A DNA stretch of 49,027 nt, from positions 1 to 49,027 of the IMG/VR virus record IMGVR_UViG_3300037294_000081; one strand, given 5' to 3'. Every line of letters begins with the position of its first letter. The first letter of the stretch is position 1. The notes under the pieces are model-generated. The model was not told where the DNA came from and searched no databases. It saw nothing but the letters and a program-made list of their open reading frames with translations. Source of the stretch: a virus. Lineage: Duplodnaviria; Caudoviricetes. The position numbers were made by a program, and so were the translations under genes. Shown here piece after piece: positions 1 through 9,964 of the stretch.

Positions 1-656
1 ATCATAGCAAACTGATCTTCGTCTGAGTTTGGTGTGCTGGTAATAATTGCCTTACCACCAGTAGCTAATGTTGGTGATAATGCAGTCCAGAACTCTTTTG
101 CCTTTTCAGGTGGTTGAACAAATGCGAATTCATCACAATAAATTAGAGATAGTGACTTACCACGGCCTGTATTTTCCGTTGTAGTTGTTGCTTGAATTCG
201 TGAGCCGTTATCGTATTCGATGGTATTTCTGTTGTAGGTAATAACACCTGCGCGAATAAAGTCAGGAAGATTTTCGTAACCAAAACGGTAGCGATCCATG
301 ATGTCTTTTGCACCTTCATACTTGTGTGCTGCAATAAGGACCTGCGCATCATTCATAAACATTGTATACCACAGTAGGTAAACAACTGCGCAAGTTGTCT
401 TTCCCATCTGTCGAGGTAACATAGCAATACATTGCTTATTCTCAACAAATGCAATAATTAATCTTTCTTGATATTCGTAAGGTTCGAAGGGAATCGATCC
501 TCTTACCGGGTGTTGTATCTTAATAAAGTTCTTGGCAAAGTACAAGGGTCCTGTTATAGGGTCCATACATTTTTCAAGATGCGTTACTTCCTCAAGTGTG
601 TACCTGAGTTGAACATGTGCTTTTTTAATTAATACGCCGTCGAGTGATTTTCCCAT
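1..656 (-). CDS. gp17: Terminase large subunit (T4 gp17-like), N-terminal ATPase part; runs off the window edge
   Basis: Manual translation from ATG at 656: MGKSLDGVLIKK...PFEPYEYQ...LPRQMGKTT (Walker A)...GRGKSLSLIYCDEFAF (Walker B)...IITSTPN (coupling motif). Not in the ORF track because it is open-ended. Confidence 0.95.
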   Translation of the reverse strand, partial: MGKSLDGVLIKKAHVQLRYTLEEVTHLEKCMDPITGPLYFAKNFIKIQHPVRGSIPFEPYEYQERLIIAFVENKQCIAMLPRQMGKTTCAVVYLLWYTMFMNDAQVLIAAHKYEGAKDIMDRYRFGYENLPDFIRAGVITYNRNTIEYDNGSRIQATTTTENTGRGKSLSLIYCDEFAFVQPPEKAKEFWTALSPTLATGGKAIITSTPNSDEDQFAM

Positions 657-670
657 ACTCTTATTTACTG

Positions 671-698
671 AAAAAAATAGCACCCGAAGGTGCTATTT
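671..698 (-). terminator. Intrinsic terminator with UUCG tetraloop
   Basis: Minus strand AAATAGCACC-TTCG-GGTGCTATTT followed by a T run, downstream of ORF 717..1079. Confidence 0.85.
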
Positions 699-716
699 GG
701 TTTTATAAAAAATTAG

Positions 717-1079
717 TTATGCAACACCAACGGTAATGCTAGTTGCTGCAACAACAGTCGATCCGCTGACATCGATTGTGTTAGGACCAACTGCGGTACC
801 TAGGCGGCGAACACGTACTTGCAATTCAGCTGCGCTATTAATGCTCTTGTCCATAATAACATGAACTAATCCAGTGTCTGCATCAGTAACATAGAACATC
901 AACGGATTTAATTCTTTAACTAATGCTTCAACTGTTTCGTCAACTGCATCGTCTTCAGCTCTTAAATCAATAGCAGTAGCGCCGACATCTTTAACTGTGA
1001 TTAAATATGCATTGGCATTTAAAGAGTATACTGTATCAACAGTACAATCTAAACCATTTACTCTAGTAACTGTTCCCAT
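717..1079 (-). CDS. Hypothetical small protein, possibly virion-associated
   Basis: 120 aa ORF, AGGAG SD upstream, start overlaps the upstream stop (TAATG), followed by a terminator. Confidence 0.7.
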   Translation of the reverse strand: MGTVTRVNGLDCTVDTVYSLNANAYLITVKDVGATAIDLRAEDDAVDETVEALVKELNPLMFYVTDADTGLVHVIMDKSINSAAELQVRVRRLGTAVGPNTIDVSGSTVVAATSITVGVA

Positions 1080-1750
1080 TATTTCGCTCCTTTAGCTTCT
1101 GCTAATCGTTGTAATAGTTCTGCACGGATAGCAGCACGTAGATCGTTGCCTTCCATTGCCATTGGGTTGTCGCCTTGACGATAGCTGTGCTTGAACATTT
1201 TCTTTTCTCTGTGCAAGTCATTGCCGTTTGGAATAGCAGCATCAATATCAAATTCTTCTGGGCCTTCATCTCCTGGTGCAGAATTACCGAATGCTTCTTC
1301 TTTCTCTTTCTTTTCCATATCGTGATCATCCATGTCGTGATCACCGTCGTTGTCTAGATCGCCGTGTGCTTTAGAAACATCATCACTATCCATCTCGCCG
1401 CCTGGCATGTCGTCGTTGCCTGCATCAAAGTCGGGTAACATCTTTAATGGAGGTAGGCCGCCCATTGGCTTATCCGTTGGTGAAATGCTCATAGCTGGCA
1501 TTGGCGGCATGCCGTCTGACGGTTGATTAATCATATCTGGATTAACTTTAGTCATTAGTTTCATTAGGCTTTCGATGTCACTCATACCCTGTGCATTGAG
1601 ATTTACACTCATGCTTGGAGGCGGAGTGTTAGGTTTGCCCATATCGCCCATTCCGGGAGTCGACATACCTGGTGGCATTGAGTCTCCACATGCTTCTGTT
1701 GCTGGTTGATCTAACTCACGCATTCTTGCCATTAAACTATTAAAATCCAT
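1079..1750 (-). CDS. Hypothetical acidic Met/Pro-rich low-complexity protein (possible internal head/scaffold-type protein)
   Basis: 223 aa, SD AGGAG upstream; disordered composition with a DLDNDGDHDMDD motif. Confidence 0.7.
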   Translation of the reverse strand: MDFNSLMARMRELDQPATEACGDSMPPGMSTPGMGDMGKPNTPPPSMSVNLNAQGMSDIESLMKLMTKVNPDMINQPSDGMPPMPAMSISPTDKPMGGLPPLKMLPDFDAGNDDMPGGEMDSDDVSKAHGDLDNDGDHDMDDHDMEKKEKEEAFGNSAPGDEGPEEFDIDAAIPNGNDLHREKKMFKHSYRQGDNPMAMEGNDLRAAIRAELLQRLAEAKGAK

Positions 1751-1753
1751 TTT

Positions 1754-2320
1754 TTAACTCCCTAAGGCGCTTTTTGCGCCAACTTTATCTTGTTTGATCT
1801 TAGGCAGTTTATATTCGCCTTGACCGTTATCTTTCTTTTGCTGTTTAGCAGTCTTACTTAATTCTTTTAAAAAGCCTTTATTAAAATCATCACCAAAGTA
1901 ATCTTTGTGTTTGATTTTTGTATTGCCTTTGTCAAGATCAGTTTCGTCTAGCACAGCTTCACCGCTAGGTTCGTTATCAGCTAACACCTGCTGTTCTTCA
2001 CTAGGTTCTCCACTGCCACGTACACGGAAACTATCTTCGGTAAGTCCAATGTCTTTAATGTATGTAACTAGCTGTGGCGAAGTTAATGGGTATTCTGTAA
2101 CTACCTCAAACACTGTTACTTCGCAGTTTTCTTTGCCTGGAAAGTCTAGCGGCAGTTTCTGAATAGGTGTTGTTGCTACTTTTTCTAAAGTAAGAACGCA
2201 GCAACTATCTAGTCTTGCTTTTAGTGTTTCCTGAAATTTATCAGGAAGTTCACCTGCAACTTTGACTTTGAAGCTGTATATTTTCTTGCTTTCAATAAGA
2301 TATTCTTTAAAAGATTTCAT
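1754..2320 (-). CDS. Hypothetical protein with a capsid-targeting-like N-terminus
   Basis: 188 aa; begins MKSFKEYLIE, similar to T4 internal-protein leaders; TAAATA box 5 nt upstream. Confidence 0.7.
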   Translation of the reverse strand: MKSFKEYLIESKKIYSFKVKVAGELPDKFQETLKARLDSCCVLTLEKVATTPIQKLPLDFPGKENCEVTVFEVVTEYPLTSPQLVTYIKDIGLTEDSFRVRGSGEPSEEQQVLADNEPSGEAVLDETDLDKGNTKIKHKDYFGDDFNKGFLKELSKTAKQQKKDNGQGEYKLPKIKQDKVGAKSALGS

Positions 2321-2328
2321 AGTAGTAT

Positions 2329-2814
2329 TTATGCTTTTCCGCTTAATTTTTTCAGAAGCTCGTTGCGATCTGTAATGACATATCCGTTGCCATTGATAAC
2401 ATCATTAGGATCGTCGCCTGCATCTTTCTCAATCTTTAATTTTTTAAGCTGTAGATCGACAGCCTTCAATCGTTTGTCAATTTTATTAGTTTTAGCTGAT
2501 ATAGCATTGCCCATCATACTAGCAGCTACTTCAAAAATACGGCCAGCATACCGTACTTCAACATTCATTCCTAAATCCATTAGATCATCGTAGGCAGTTT
2601 CAGCTTTTTTTGCTAGATCGTCTAGTTCTTTTTCGTCTAAACTATCCAACTCTGCAATATGCGGTAAACTTCTTGTAATCTCAGATACTGCACGATAACT
2701 ATCGTCTAGACTTTTTACTTCGTCGTGTGCAGGTGCGGGCACTGTGGATTCTTCTACAACCGTTTCGGGTTCCGCAGAATCAAGATTGAATAGTTCTTCT
2801 AATCGTTTAGTCAT
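2329..2814 (-). CDS. Probable terminase small subunit (gp16-like)
   Basis: 161 aa helical protein with RIFEVAASMMGNAISAK and C-terminal ITDRNELLKKL, resembling gp16 of large T4-like phages; close to gp17. Confidence 0.55.
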   Translation of the reverse strand: MTKRLEELFNLDSAEPETVVEESTVPAPAHDEVKSLDDSYRAVSEITRSLPHIAELDSLDEKELDDLAKKAETAYDDLMDLGMNVEVRYAGRIFEVAASMMGNAISAKTNKIDKRLKAVDLQLKKLKIEKDAGDDPNDVINGNGYVITDRNELLKKLSGKA

Positions 2815-2822
2815 ACTATTAC

Positions 2823-3263
2823 TTATTTCCGTTTAGTCCCTTGGTGGAAAATATCTCCTTCATTTACCACACGAAATTTAACACCTTGCTGTTTGCACCA
2901 TGCAGTAGCAGCTTCCCATTTTGCCATGTTCTTTACATACTGTTGTTGATTATATTGACTCTTACCTACTGCTTCTATAAATGTTTGATTACTAGGTTTT
3001 ACTTCAACTAGTTCTGCATGTTTGCTACCGTTCTTATCTACATACACAACAAAAAAGTCTGGGACATAGATTGTATGTTTACCTGTAAGTGGATCTCTGT
3101 AAGGAATTTGAACACTCTCACTGGCCCAGCTTTGCACACTAGGATGTTCATCAAGCATTTTCATAAAAACAAATTCCCAACTGCTGCGAGCCATAGGCAT
3201 TTTTTTGCCAACATATTTGTCAGGATTTTTTACTTCAAATCGACCTTGTGCAAATTTTGCCAT
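2823..3263 (-). CDS. gp4: Head completion nuclease (T4 gp4-like, TnsA-type PD-(D/E)XK fold)
   Basis: GRF..KNPDKYVG...RSSWE...WASE...IPY...YVPDF...EVKP...N.AKWEAA motifs. Confidence 0.9.
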   Translation of the reverse strand: MAKFAQGRFEVKNPDKYVGKKMPMARSSWEFVFMKMLDEHPSVQSWASESVQIPYRDPLTGKHTIYVPDFFVVYVDKNGSKHAELVEVKPSNQTFIEAVGKSQYNQQQYVKNMAKWEAATAWCKQQGVKFRVVNEGDIFHQGTKRK

Positions 3264-3628
3264 TATGCTGCAATATTCCTAATCTGATTTGGTTTAACTT
3301 CAGCCGTTCTAAATCCTAACAACGATGTTGATACACGATTATTATTTAAAATTTCGCCAACTAACTGATTTAATTGGGCCGAATTAAAGATTGACAGTGT
3401 ATCCATTAGTTGTGCTATAGGTACTGAGTCAATCTTTGCTTGCCTCAGTAATGTCATTGCTACAGTTTGTGCAGCATCATCGTCAAACCCACCTTTTTTT
3501 AAAAAACTTACAGCCAAAGTAACATCGTTAGCTGCAAATTCTAACGGGGCTTCACCGTATCGATCGAAATACAGTTTAGTACCAGCTGCACTATCTGTAA
3601 TAATTTGTGAAGGTAAATTGGTTGCCAT
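3263..3628 (-). CDS. Hypothetical protein
   Basis: 121 aa ORF; its stop overlaps the gp4 start (TAATG). Confidence 0.7.
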   Translation of the reverse strand: MATNLPSQIITDSAAGTKLYFDRYGEAPLEFAANDVTLAVSFLKKGGFDDDAAQTVAMTLLRQAKIDSVPIAQLMDTLSIFNSAQLNQLVGEILNNNRVSTSLLGFRTAEVKPNQIRNIAA

Positions 3629-3629
3629 T

Positions 3630-4715
3630 TTAACCTCTATTGCTGTTAATTAATGCTTTCTGCGTAGCTTCTGTTGTCGGAGCAGTAGTTGCACTCTTCG
3701 GAAACACTGCTCCTACTATGCCGCCCACTGTCGAAACTGCTGATGATATATTTCTAGGATTTGTTAAAATGTTAATTGCTTCCGATTTTATTTGATCTTT
3801 TGATAGGCCTTTGACATTCTTATAGGTATTAATTGCACCTATTGCAGTTCCGAGAAATCCGCCAAAACTATCAAAGGTTGCGCCTGAGTTAATTGCGCCA
3901 AACACACTTTCTAATCCATCTAATACTCCGCCTTCGCCGGCAAGAGTAGCTACTCCGCCACCTGCTACTGATATAGGACTTGGCACAGTATCGTAATGCA
4001 AATTAGCAAATCCCTTAGGATTATTGTAAGCCACGTTGCCTGCAGAATACTTCACAGCTTCGTATTCTAATTGCATCGCACTTTCATTAAACTCACTTGC
4101 TGAATAATCCATATTACCGTGAGACCAAGATTTAATTTTTGGATTTACCAGTGTATATCCTATAAATCTTTTTCTACTCATTGTGTAAATGCTTACTGAT
4201 TTAAAAAATGGATCAGAGATACTGTTATCTAATCCGTATCTAAAGTTATCTAAATTTGTTTTCGTTGGCCTTAAATGAGTAGCACTATATGCAGCATCGG
4301 GGTTTAATCTATCTGCAACATAGTAGCCATAGTAAATTGCCCACAAGGCGCTTACAATACCTGCACTATCATCATGTAGAGTAATACTAACAGGGTCGTA
4401 ATTGATGTTTTTATAAATTACTTTTTTTCGATTATACTGATTTTTAGTCACTGTATCGAAACTAAATTTAGGAAGTTCAGCAGTTTTTACAAGCAATCCA
4501 ACTTCTTGGCTATGGTTGTTGGTAAAAGATGGTGATCTAATTGCATGTTTATTAAGCTCAAAACTCACATAGTACAAGAATTTTGTACGTGGCGATAATC
4601 TAAACGAGTCGTCAATGAATAAACGAGTAGCATGTTGCCAGTTCGCTTGCTGTCCCTTAGGATTTAATATCCCCTCTGAGACACCTGTTAGAAATCTTGT
4701 GAATTTATTTGCCAT
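3630..4715 (-). CDS. Tail-tube-fold protein (gp19/gp54-like baseplate tube initiator)
   Basis: VKTAELPKF...NQYNRK...YDPVSITLHDD...F.S..IY...L.NP.I...H..MDYS tube-fold pattern; adjacent to gp19. Confidence 0.7.
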   Translation of the reverse strand: MANKFTRFLTGVSEGILNPKGQQANWQHATRLFIDDSFRLSPRTKFLYYVSFELNKHAIRSPSFTNNHSQEVGLLVKTAELPKFSFDTVTKNQYNRKKVIYKNINYDPVSITLHDDSAGIVSALWAIYYGYYVADRLNPDAAYSATHLRPTKTNLDNFRYGLDNSISDPFFKSVSIYTMSRKRFIGYTLVNPKIKSWSHGNMDYSASEFNESAMQLEYEAVKYSAGNVAYNNPKGFANLHYDTVPSPISVAGGGVATLAGEGGVLDGLESVFGAINSGATFDSFGGFLGTAIGAINTYKNVKGLSKDQIKSEAINILTNPRNISSAVSTVGGIVGAVFPKSATTAPTTEATQKALINSNRG

Positions 4716-4731
4716 ATTAATATTTATGTCA

Positions 4732-4763
4732 CAAAAAAAGCCCGATAAAATCGAGCTCTTTTT
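4732..4763 (-). terminator. Probable intrinsic terminator after the tail tube gene
   Basis: Imperfect inverted repeat AAAAAAAGCCCGAT-AAA-ATCGAGCTCTTTTT flanked by A/T runs. Confidence 0.65.
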
Positions 4764-4776
4764 GTTATAAGGTCAA

Positions 4777-5427
4777 TTAGCCTTGGTTTGTAGAAGCACC
4801 TGTTACTGCTTCGCCGATTGTACGACCAACTGCTGCACCAATACCACCAATTGGACTTACTGCTGCTGCACCTGCTGCAAACTGTACTAAGTTGTCATAG
4901 GCAATTGCTAGTGCAACTGTCATATGTTCGTTAGTGGCATAGTTGTTATCGCCGTAGTCTACGTTCTGCACATAGCAACCGTATAGTTCAAATGTTTCTA
5001 GTGTTTCTGGAACCAAAGCACCGTTACCACCGTCTAACACTTCCATACGTAGTGTGAACTTATAGTCAATACCTGAACGAGCTGATGCTTGTTCCATAAA
5101 GTCGTATTGCTTCTGGATTTGCTGTCCAACTAACTTTTGAACTTGTCCGCTAGCATCGTCACGCAATGTTAGTGTAACATTTTCTAGTGTATGCTTACCG
5201 GCAAGTTTTACCTTACTGTTGTAAACATCAAGTGTCATTTCTTCAAACGACACTTTAGGTCTAGTAATATCCTGAACTTGTTTTGTTAGTTCTGTTGCTG
5301 CTGCTACTCCAAATCCTAACAAGGTCACTCTAAAGCGATACTTTAACTTTGGCATAAGAAGTACTTGCGTACTTCCTGCCTGGTTAGTTGTTGGAATACC
5401 AAAGTTATTTAATGATGTAATTGCCAT
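4777..5427 (-). CDS. gp19: Tail tube protein (gp19-like)
   Basis: PKLKYRFRV...RPKVSFEE...KLAGKH.....LTLRDD...YK....E.LDG...E.FELYGC...VDYGD; directly downstream of the sheath gene. Confidence 0.9.
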   Translation of the reverse strand: MAITSLNNFGIPTTNQAGSTQVLLMPKLKYRFRVTLLGFGVAAATELTKQVQDITRPKVSFEEMTLDVYNSKVKLAGKHTLENVTLTLRDDASGQVQKLVGQQIQKQYDFMEQASARSGIDYKFTLRMEVLDGGNGALVPETLETFELYGCYVQNVDYGDNNYATNEHMTVALAIAYDNLVQFAAGAAAVSPIGGIGAAVGRTIGEAVTGASTNQG

Positions 5428-5429
5428 TT

Positions 5430-8400
5430 TTAGAATGCTCCTGTATTTTGTACACGCAATGGAATGTAGATGAATTCAACTGCTTTAACAGGTTGAATTG
5501 CAAGATCTAAATATAGCTCATTACGATCAATGCGTGATGGTGTGTTATTACTTTCGTCACATACCACTGCGTAATCGTAAATTGCTCTTAAACCTACCAA
5601 TTCTAGCAACAAACTTTCTGCTGCCTGTTTGATTTCATCTCGTGTAATTTTATCATTTGGTTCAAATATATATGGACGAGCTAATTTATTCAACTGGCTA
5701 CGTAGATATACTGTTAAACGTGATACGTTAATACGATCTAATGCACTTGCGTTTCTTGCGCGAGTTTTTTGACCGTATGCAACTAGGCCAACGCCGTTGA
5801 AGAACGGAATTGGATTAATCTTTAGATCATAAAGTGTGTCGCGCTGTCCTTCATTCAATGCAACAGTTTGGAATTCTCCGCTCAAGCTGTCAATATAACC
5901 AACTGCTGTAGCATTAGTAATTCCACCACGTCTTGTTCCTGCTGGAGCAAACCATGGATAAGAAACATTGTCGCTTAGGGCGATTGTTTTTAGCATCATG
6001 TGACTTGCTGGAACAACTGCTGGAGCACCGCTTAGATCAGTGGTAAATCCATTTGGATAGTAAGTTGCTAGGTATTCGTCATATGTAACAACACCATCAT
6101 CACCATTATCAGTTACTAGATTAGCGTTAGTACCCCAAGTAGTTAAACTTGTAGCATCGCTGGCTAAACGTAATGGAGTATCGCCGATTACAAACGCTGT
6201 AATACCTCGGTCAATATTTAAGTTAACTAAGTTGCTCATTAGCTCTGGATAACCAGGAGCAGCAATAATGTTAAAGTTACGACGTTCTTCATCACGGATT
6301 TCTGAGCTTGTATCCACTACACTCTTCATTGCCTGCACAACAACTTGACGTTGTGCCTTGCGACCAAAGCTGCCTGAACCATCTTCGTTATTGCCTGAAG
6401 CAGTAACCCAACGATCAGTCCAGTATGCATCCATACTTAAACCTGAACCGCTGACAAATGCACTACCAGCTAATGTTGCGGTACTTGTACGTGGATTATC
6501 TCCAGCAGTATCAATGTAGCTGTTTGCGTATTGTTTAACGTTACCACCATTACGACGTAGGTTCCATAGCAACATACCTTTTGGATATAGTGCTGGGTCT
6601 GGAGCATCCGGATCTAAGAAGTTGTTAGTTAACAAGTCTTCAATTGTTCCTTGTGCTGATGATAATCCGTCTGTATTCCAACGTGCATCGGCGAACAATA
6701 CACCTTCTTCTGTTGTTTGATCAGTCTTGTCAACTAATTCCCAACGTTGTGCAACGTCAGCAATATCAGTTAAGTTACTGTTGTATCTGTAGATAGTTGG
6801 GAAATTTTCTAAGTCAGCTGTGCTGATCCATAAATCGCCTGTTTGCATACCTGTAACATACGGATTACTAGCTGCAACTACCGGAGCATACCCGACTCTA
6901 GTTGATGCTGATTCAAAATATGGAGCAGTTGAGTGTCTGTAACCTACCCAAGTAGCACCGTTGTGGATCATTAGATCAACATCTGCAAAGTTTGGATTGT
7001 ACCACATCTGACCATCAGTTGGTTCATTTAGTGGAGCATCACCGCTTGCAGCAGGTCTTGGATTGTCAGCAGCTAGTGGCTTCCATCCTGTAACTAAGTA
7101 GTCATCAGCTGCGCCAGCAACTAACAATGCTGATAAGCTATAGAAGTTTTCAGTACCTGTTCGTGTGCTAATGCTGTATGCTGTGAACAAGCTGCTTACT
7201 GGAGTACCTGTACCGTCAGTAATTCTAAAATCGCCGCCCAATGTGTGGCTGATTACTAATTTAGCAGATGTTGCATTTACTGTAACAACAGAAGCTACAA
7301 TATTTGTAAATCCTGCTGCGTTGATTGCTCCTGCAATTGTATCTGCATCATCGCTAGTACCAGCAGCGGTAAAGCTGATAGGCTTTGCAGTATCTAATGC
7401 TTCTTGACCTTTTAATGATTCAGCTAAATCAAATGTGTAGGAACCAGCTGCTAGTGTAGTAGCATTAATTGAATTTGAAGTAGCACTGGTTGCTGCATTT
7501 GCTGCAATGTTTCTATACCATACGCGGAATTCTGTTGTTCCAGGAGTAGCATCAAACCCGCCTGTTTCAGTTGCGTTGTATTGTGTAAACAAAGAGTCTG
7601 CAGAAATATTTGCGCCGCCGCCGCTACGATCTAGGTAAAAACTAGCAGCATTTGTTGAGGCATAAATTGGAGATTCATTTGCTACCCATGATAATGTAGC
7701 AGAACTCCAACGCTTAACTCTTAAACGAGCACCATTATTTGGTTCTGTAGTTTTGATCCATACAGAGCCTGTTGGGGCACCGTTTACTGTACCTGCGTTG
7801 TCAGCAATTTTAAATGCTGGAACACTAGTGTGTGGGCTTTGTTGTAATTCTGGTGATAGGTATAGTCCAACGGTAATTCCGCCTACTGTATTCCACGAGG
7901 CAGTACCATTTTCTATTAAGATTGCACCATCAGCTCCAGTAGAATCGCCGCCGTCACCGTCTGCTGCAGATGTACCATCTGAATAGATATATAATCTGTT
8001 GCTAATTACCTGTGCAGTAACGCCAGTGATGTTAGCAGCAATAATGTTAGCTGCAATTGTTGCAACGTTACCGCCAGCAATTTGACTGTTATTAATAAAC
8101 AATGTACCTGAAAGTGTTCCAGTGTATGCTGAACTTGATACAACTGGTAAACTTGCTTTCCACTCTTGTGAGCCAATTAGTACCCATTGTCCAGCGTCAA
8201 CTGCTACTGCTCCGCCTGCAACATTACCATTGCCTGCTGATTTAAAATACATTCTTGCTAGTTCTTCGTTAGCACCAAATGATCCATCACCTTCGACTGT
8301 TTGGAATACAACTGCGTAATCGCCAATTGCGCCAACTGAGCCTTTTGGTGCTCCGTTTTCGACCTTAGATGAATCGCTGTCTGTTAATACTGTTGGTACT

Positions 8401-8894
8401 TTTGAAGCAAACTTTTGTCCGCCAGCAACTGTTGGTGCAGCACCATTCCATTCTTGGATACCCCAAGTGGTTGCCTGGGTGTCAATCCACCATTGGCCGT
8501 TTGTTGGGTTCGCTCCCGGGGCATCAACTTGTGCTTCGAGCTCATCTAAGTCAATGTCTGCACGAACGATAAACGCTGCGTTGCTAACACCTAATAAACT
8601 GTATGCTGCTAAAAGTCCATATTCGTTACGTTCTGAACCGTGTATTGGAGTAGCACTTGCTGTCTGCTCGAAGAACGGTACACCAAACAAGTCTGTTAAA
8701 TCTCGTTGGCTAGTTAATTTAAATGCTTTGCCAGCATTTGCTTTAGTTGTTGCGGAAGCAGTGCCTGTGCCTGCTCCGTTTGTTTTGTTTTGCGCTGAAG
8801 CTACTACGATAAGAGGAGTTGTGCCTGGTTCTGCAGGTGTGTAAAAACTCTCGTCGATTACCGTAACTTGTACGCCGGGTGATTGTAGTGCCAT
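5430..8894 (-). CDS. gp18: Contractile tail sheath protein (gp18-like) with large insertions
   Basis: N-terminal SPGVQVTVIDES; C-terminal PWFAPAGTRRG, RDTLY...INPI, GQKT, DRINVSRL, FEPND, VCDESNNTP..IDRN, PVKAVEFI. Confidence 0.97.
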   Translation of the reverse strand: MALQSPGVQVTVIDESFYTPAEPGTTPLIVVASAQNKTNGAGTGTASATTKANAGKAFKLTSQRDLTDLFGVPFFEQTASATPIHGSERNEYGLLAAYSLLGVSNAAFIVRADIDLDELEAQVDAPGANPTNGQWWIDTQATTWGIQEWNGAAPTVAGGQKFASKVPTVLTDSDSSKVENGAPKGSVGAIGDYAVVFQTVEGDGSFGANEELARMYFKSAGNGNVAGGAVAVDAGQWVLIGSQEWKASLPVVSSSAYTGTLSGTLFINNSQIAGGNVATIAANIIAANITGVTAQVISNRLYIYSDGTSAADGDGGDSTGADGAILIENGTASWNTVGGITVGLYLSPELQQSPHTSVPAFKIADNAGTVNGAPTGSVWIKTTEPNNGARLRVKRWSSATLSWVANESPIYASTNAASFYLDRSGGGANISADSLFTQYNATETGGFDATPGTTEFRVWYRNIAANAATSATSNSINATTLAAGSYTFDLAESLKGQEALDTAKPISFTAAGTSDDADTIAGAINAAGFTNIVASVVTVNATSAKLVISHTLGGDFRITDGTGTPVSSLFTAYSISTRTGTENFYSLSALLVAGAADDYLVTGWKPLAADNPRPAASGDAPLNEPTDGQMWYNPNFADVDLMIHNGATWVGYRHSTAPYFESASTRVGYAPVVAASNPYVTGMQTGDLWISTADLENFPTIYRYNSNLTDIADVAQRWELVDKTDQTTEEGVLFADARWNTDGLSSAQGTIEDLLTNNFLDPDAPDPALYPKGMLLWNLRRNGGNVKQYANSYIDTAGDNPRTSTATLAGSAFVSGSGLSMDAYWTDRWVTASGNNEDGSGSFGRKAQRQVVVQAMKSVVDTSSEIRDEERRNFNIIAAPGYPELMSNLVNLNIDRGITAFVIGDTPLRLASDATSLTTWGTNANLVTDNGDDGVVTYDEYLATYYPNGFTTDLSGAPAVVPASHMMLKTIALSDNVSYPWFAPAGTRRGGITNATAVGYIDSLSGEFQTVALNEGQRDTLYDLKINPIPFFNGVGLVAYGQKTRARNASALDRINVSRLTVYLRSQLNKLARPYIFEPNDKITRDEIKQAAESLLLELVGLRAIYDYAVVCDESNNTPSRIDRNELYLDLAIQPVKAVEFIYIPLRVQNTGAF

Positions 8895-8927
8895 ATTCCC
8901 TATTCTCCTGGTAATAGTTGCTAATAC

Positions 8928-8934
8928 TATTTAG
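8928..8934 (-). promoter_or_regulatory. T4-like late promoter box for the sheath/tube operon
   Basis: CTAAATA on the minus strand ~35 nt upstream of the sheath ATG, with an AGGAG SD in the leader. Confidence 0.65.
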
Positions 8935-9009
8935 CGGCTAATCAGAAAAACGGGCAGTTATAATCTTCGATAAAGGGATCGAAAAGGTTTAGTTTAGTTA
9001 AATAATATT

Positions 9010-9345
9010 ATGAGACCACTTTGTAGGTGTGGACAACGGCCTCGCGCTGTTAATTATAAAAAGAATAACAAGGTTTACTATCGTAGCCTGTGCGAAATCT
9101 GCATGGCTAATGGATTATATCACGGTATTCCTAGATGGAAACGTGCTAACTACAAAATAAAAAACACCTGCGACAAGTGTGGATTTAAAAGCCCGCACTT
9201 GGAGGTGTTTAAGGTATTTCACGTAGACGGCGATTTAAACAATTGCCGACACGCTAATTTAAAAACAGTCTGTGCCAACTGTGCGCAACTGCTCGGAAAG
9301 ACTGATGCGACGTGGCGGCAGGGCGATCTCGTTGCTGATTACTAG
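9010..9345 (+). CDS. Zn-finger/HNH-like protein
   Basis: CxC, CxxC, CxxC...HVDGDLNN...NL..VCANC (HNH-like with CxxC); TAAATA-N5-ATG upstream. Confidence 0.75.
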   Translation: MRPLCRCGQRPRAVNYKKNNKVYYRSLCEICMANGLYHGIPRWKRANYKIKNTCDKCGFKSPHLEVFKVFHVDGDLNNCRHANLKTVCANCAQLLGKTDATWRQGDLVADY

Positions 9346-9945
9346 TTTAGTTTGTTTATATAGAGCGTCAATAGTACTGTTGTTATCGATGATGTGATCA
9401 AATTCTGTACCCACCCATGCAGTTTCGCTAGCATGGATTTTACGCATTTTTAGTTCGTTAATAGCAGCATTCTTCCCTTGATTGGCTTCTACAGCAATAT
9501 CATACCATTCAGGAAGAGCCCCTCGTTGTACCCATAGAATTTTTCCACCGGCATTGCGAATACTGAATATTTCGTTAGGGAAGCGGCAATCTGAAATAAC
9601 CACACTGTCTTTAGAGTTACGGAGTTTGTTTTCTAGGCTGGCAATCCAAATGTCATCATGGAAGCCTTTGCGGCATACTTCAGTGCCCCAATATTGCAGT
9701 ACCCATCGGGGAGTTAATGTGGGCATGTCTAGTCTAGCTGCCCACCACGGATCAACTTGTTCTCGCCACTCTCGAGCTTCTTTAGTACGGCCTTCTAGCA
9801 TGGTCCTGTCCCAACCAAACACTGCTGCAACTGCATCTTTTAGAGTCGATGCAAAACTTTCTCTACGGAATTCTTGGAAATTTTGTAGGTAATCTGCTAC
9901 TGTATCTTTTCCCGATCCGATAAACCCACATACCCCTATAATCAT
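9259..9945 (-). CDS. gp1: Deoxynucleoside monophosphate kinase (T4 gp1-like)
   Basis: IIGVCGFIGSGKDTVA P-loop, FA..LK, TPRWVLQYWGTE, VISDCRFPNE, HASE motifs. Confidence 0.93.
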   Translation of the reverse strand: MIIGVCGFIGSGKDTVADYLQNFQEFRRESFASTLKDAVAAVFGWDRTMLEGRTKEAREWREQVDPWWAARLDMPTLTPRWVLQYWGTEVCRKGFHDDIWIASLENKLRNSKDSVVISDCRFPNEIFSIRNAGGKILWVQRGALPEWYDIAVEANQGKNAAINELKMRKIHASETAWVGTEFDHIIDNNSTIDALYKQTKLVISNEIALPPRRISLSEQLRTVGTDCF

Positions 9946-9964
9946 AACTATCTCCTATATGATA

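Noticed and set aside
143-352. 69-aa minus-strand ORF from the track
   Set aside because: Lies out of frame inside the terminase large subunit gene.
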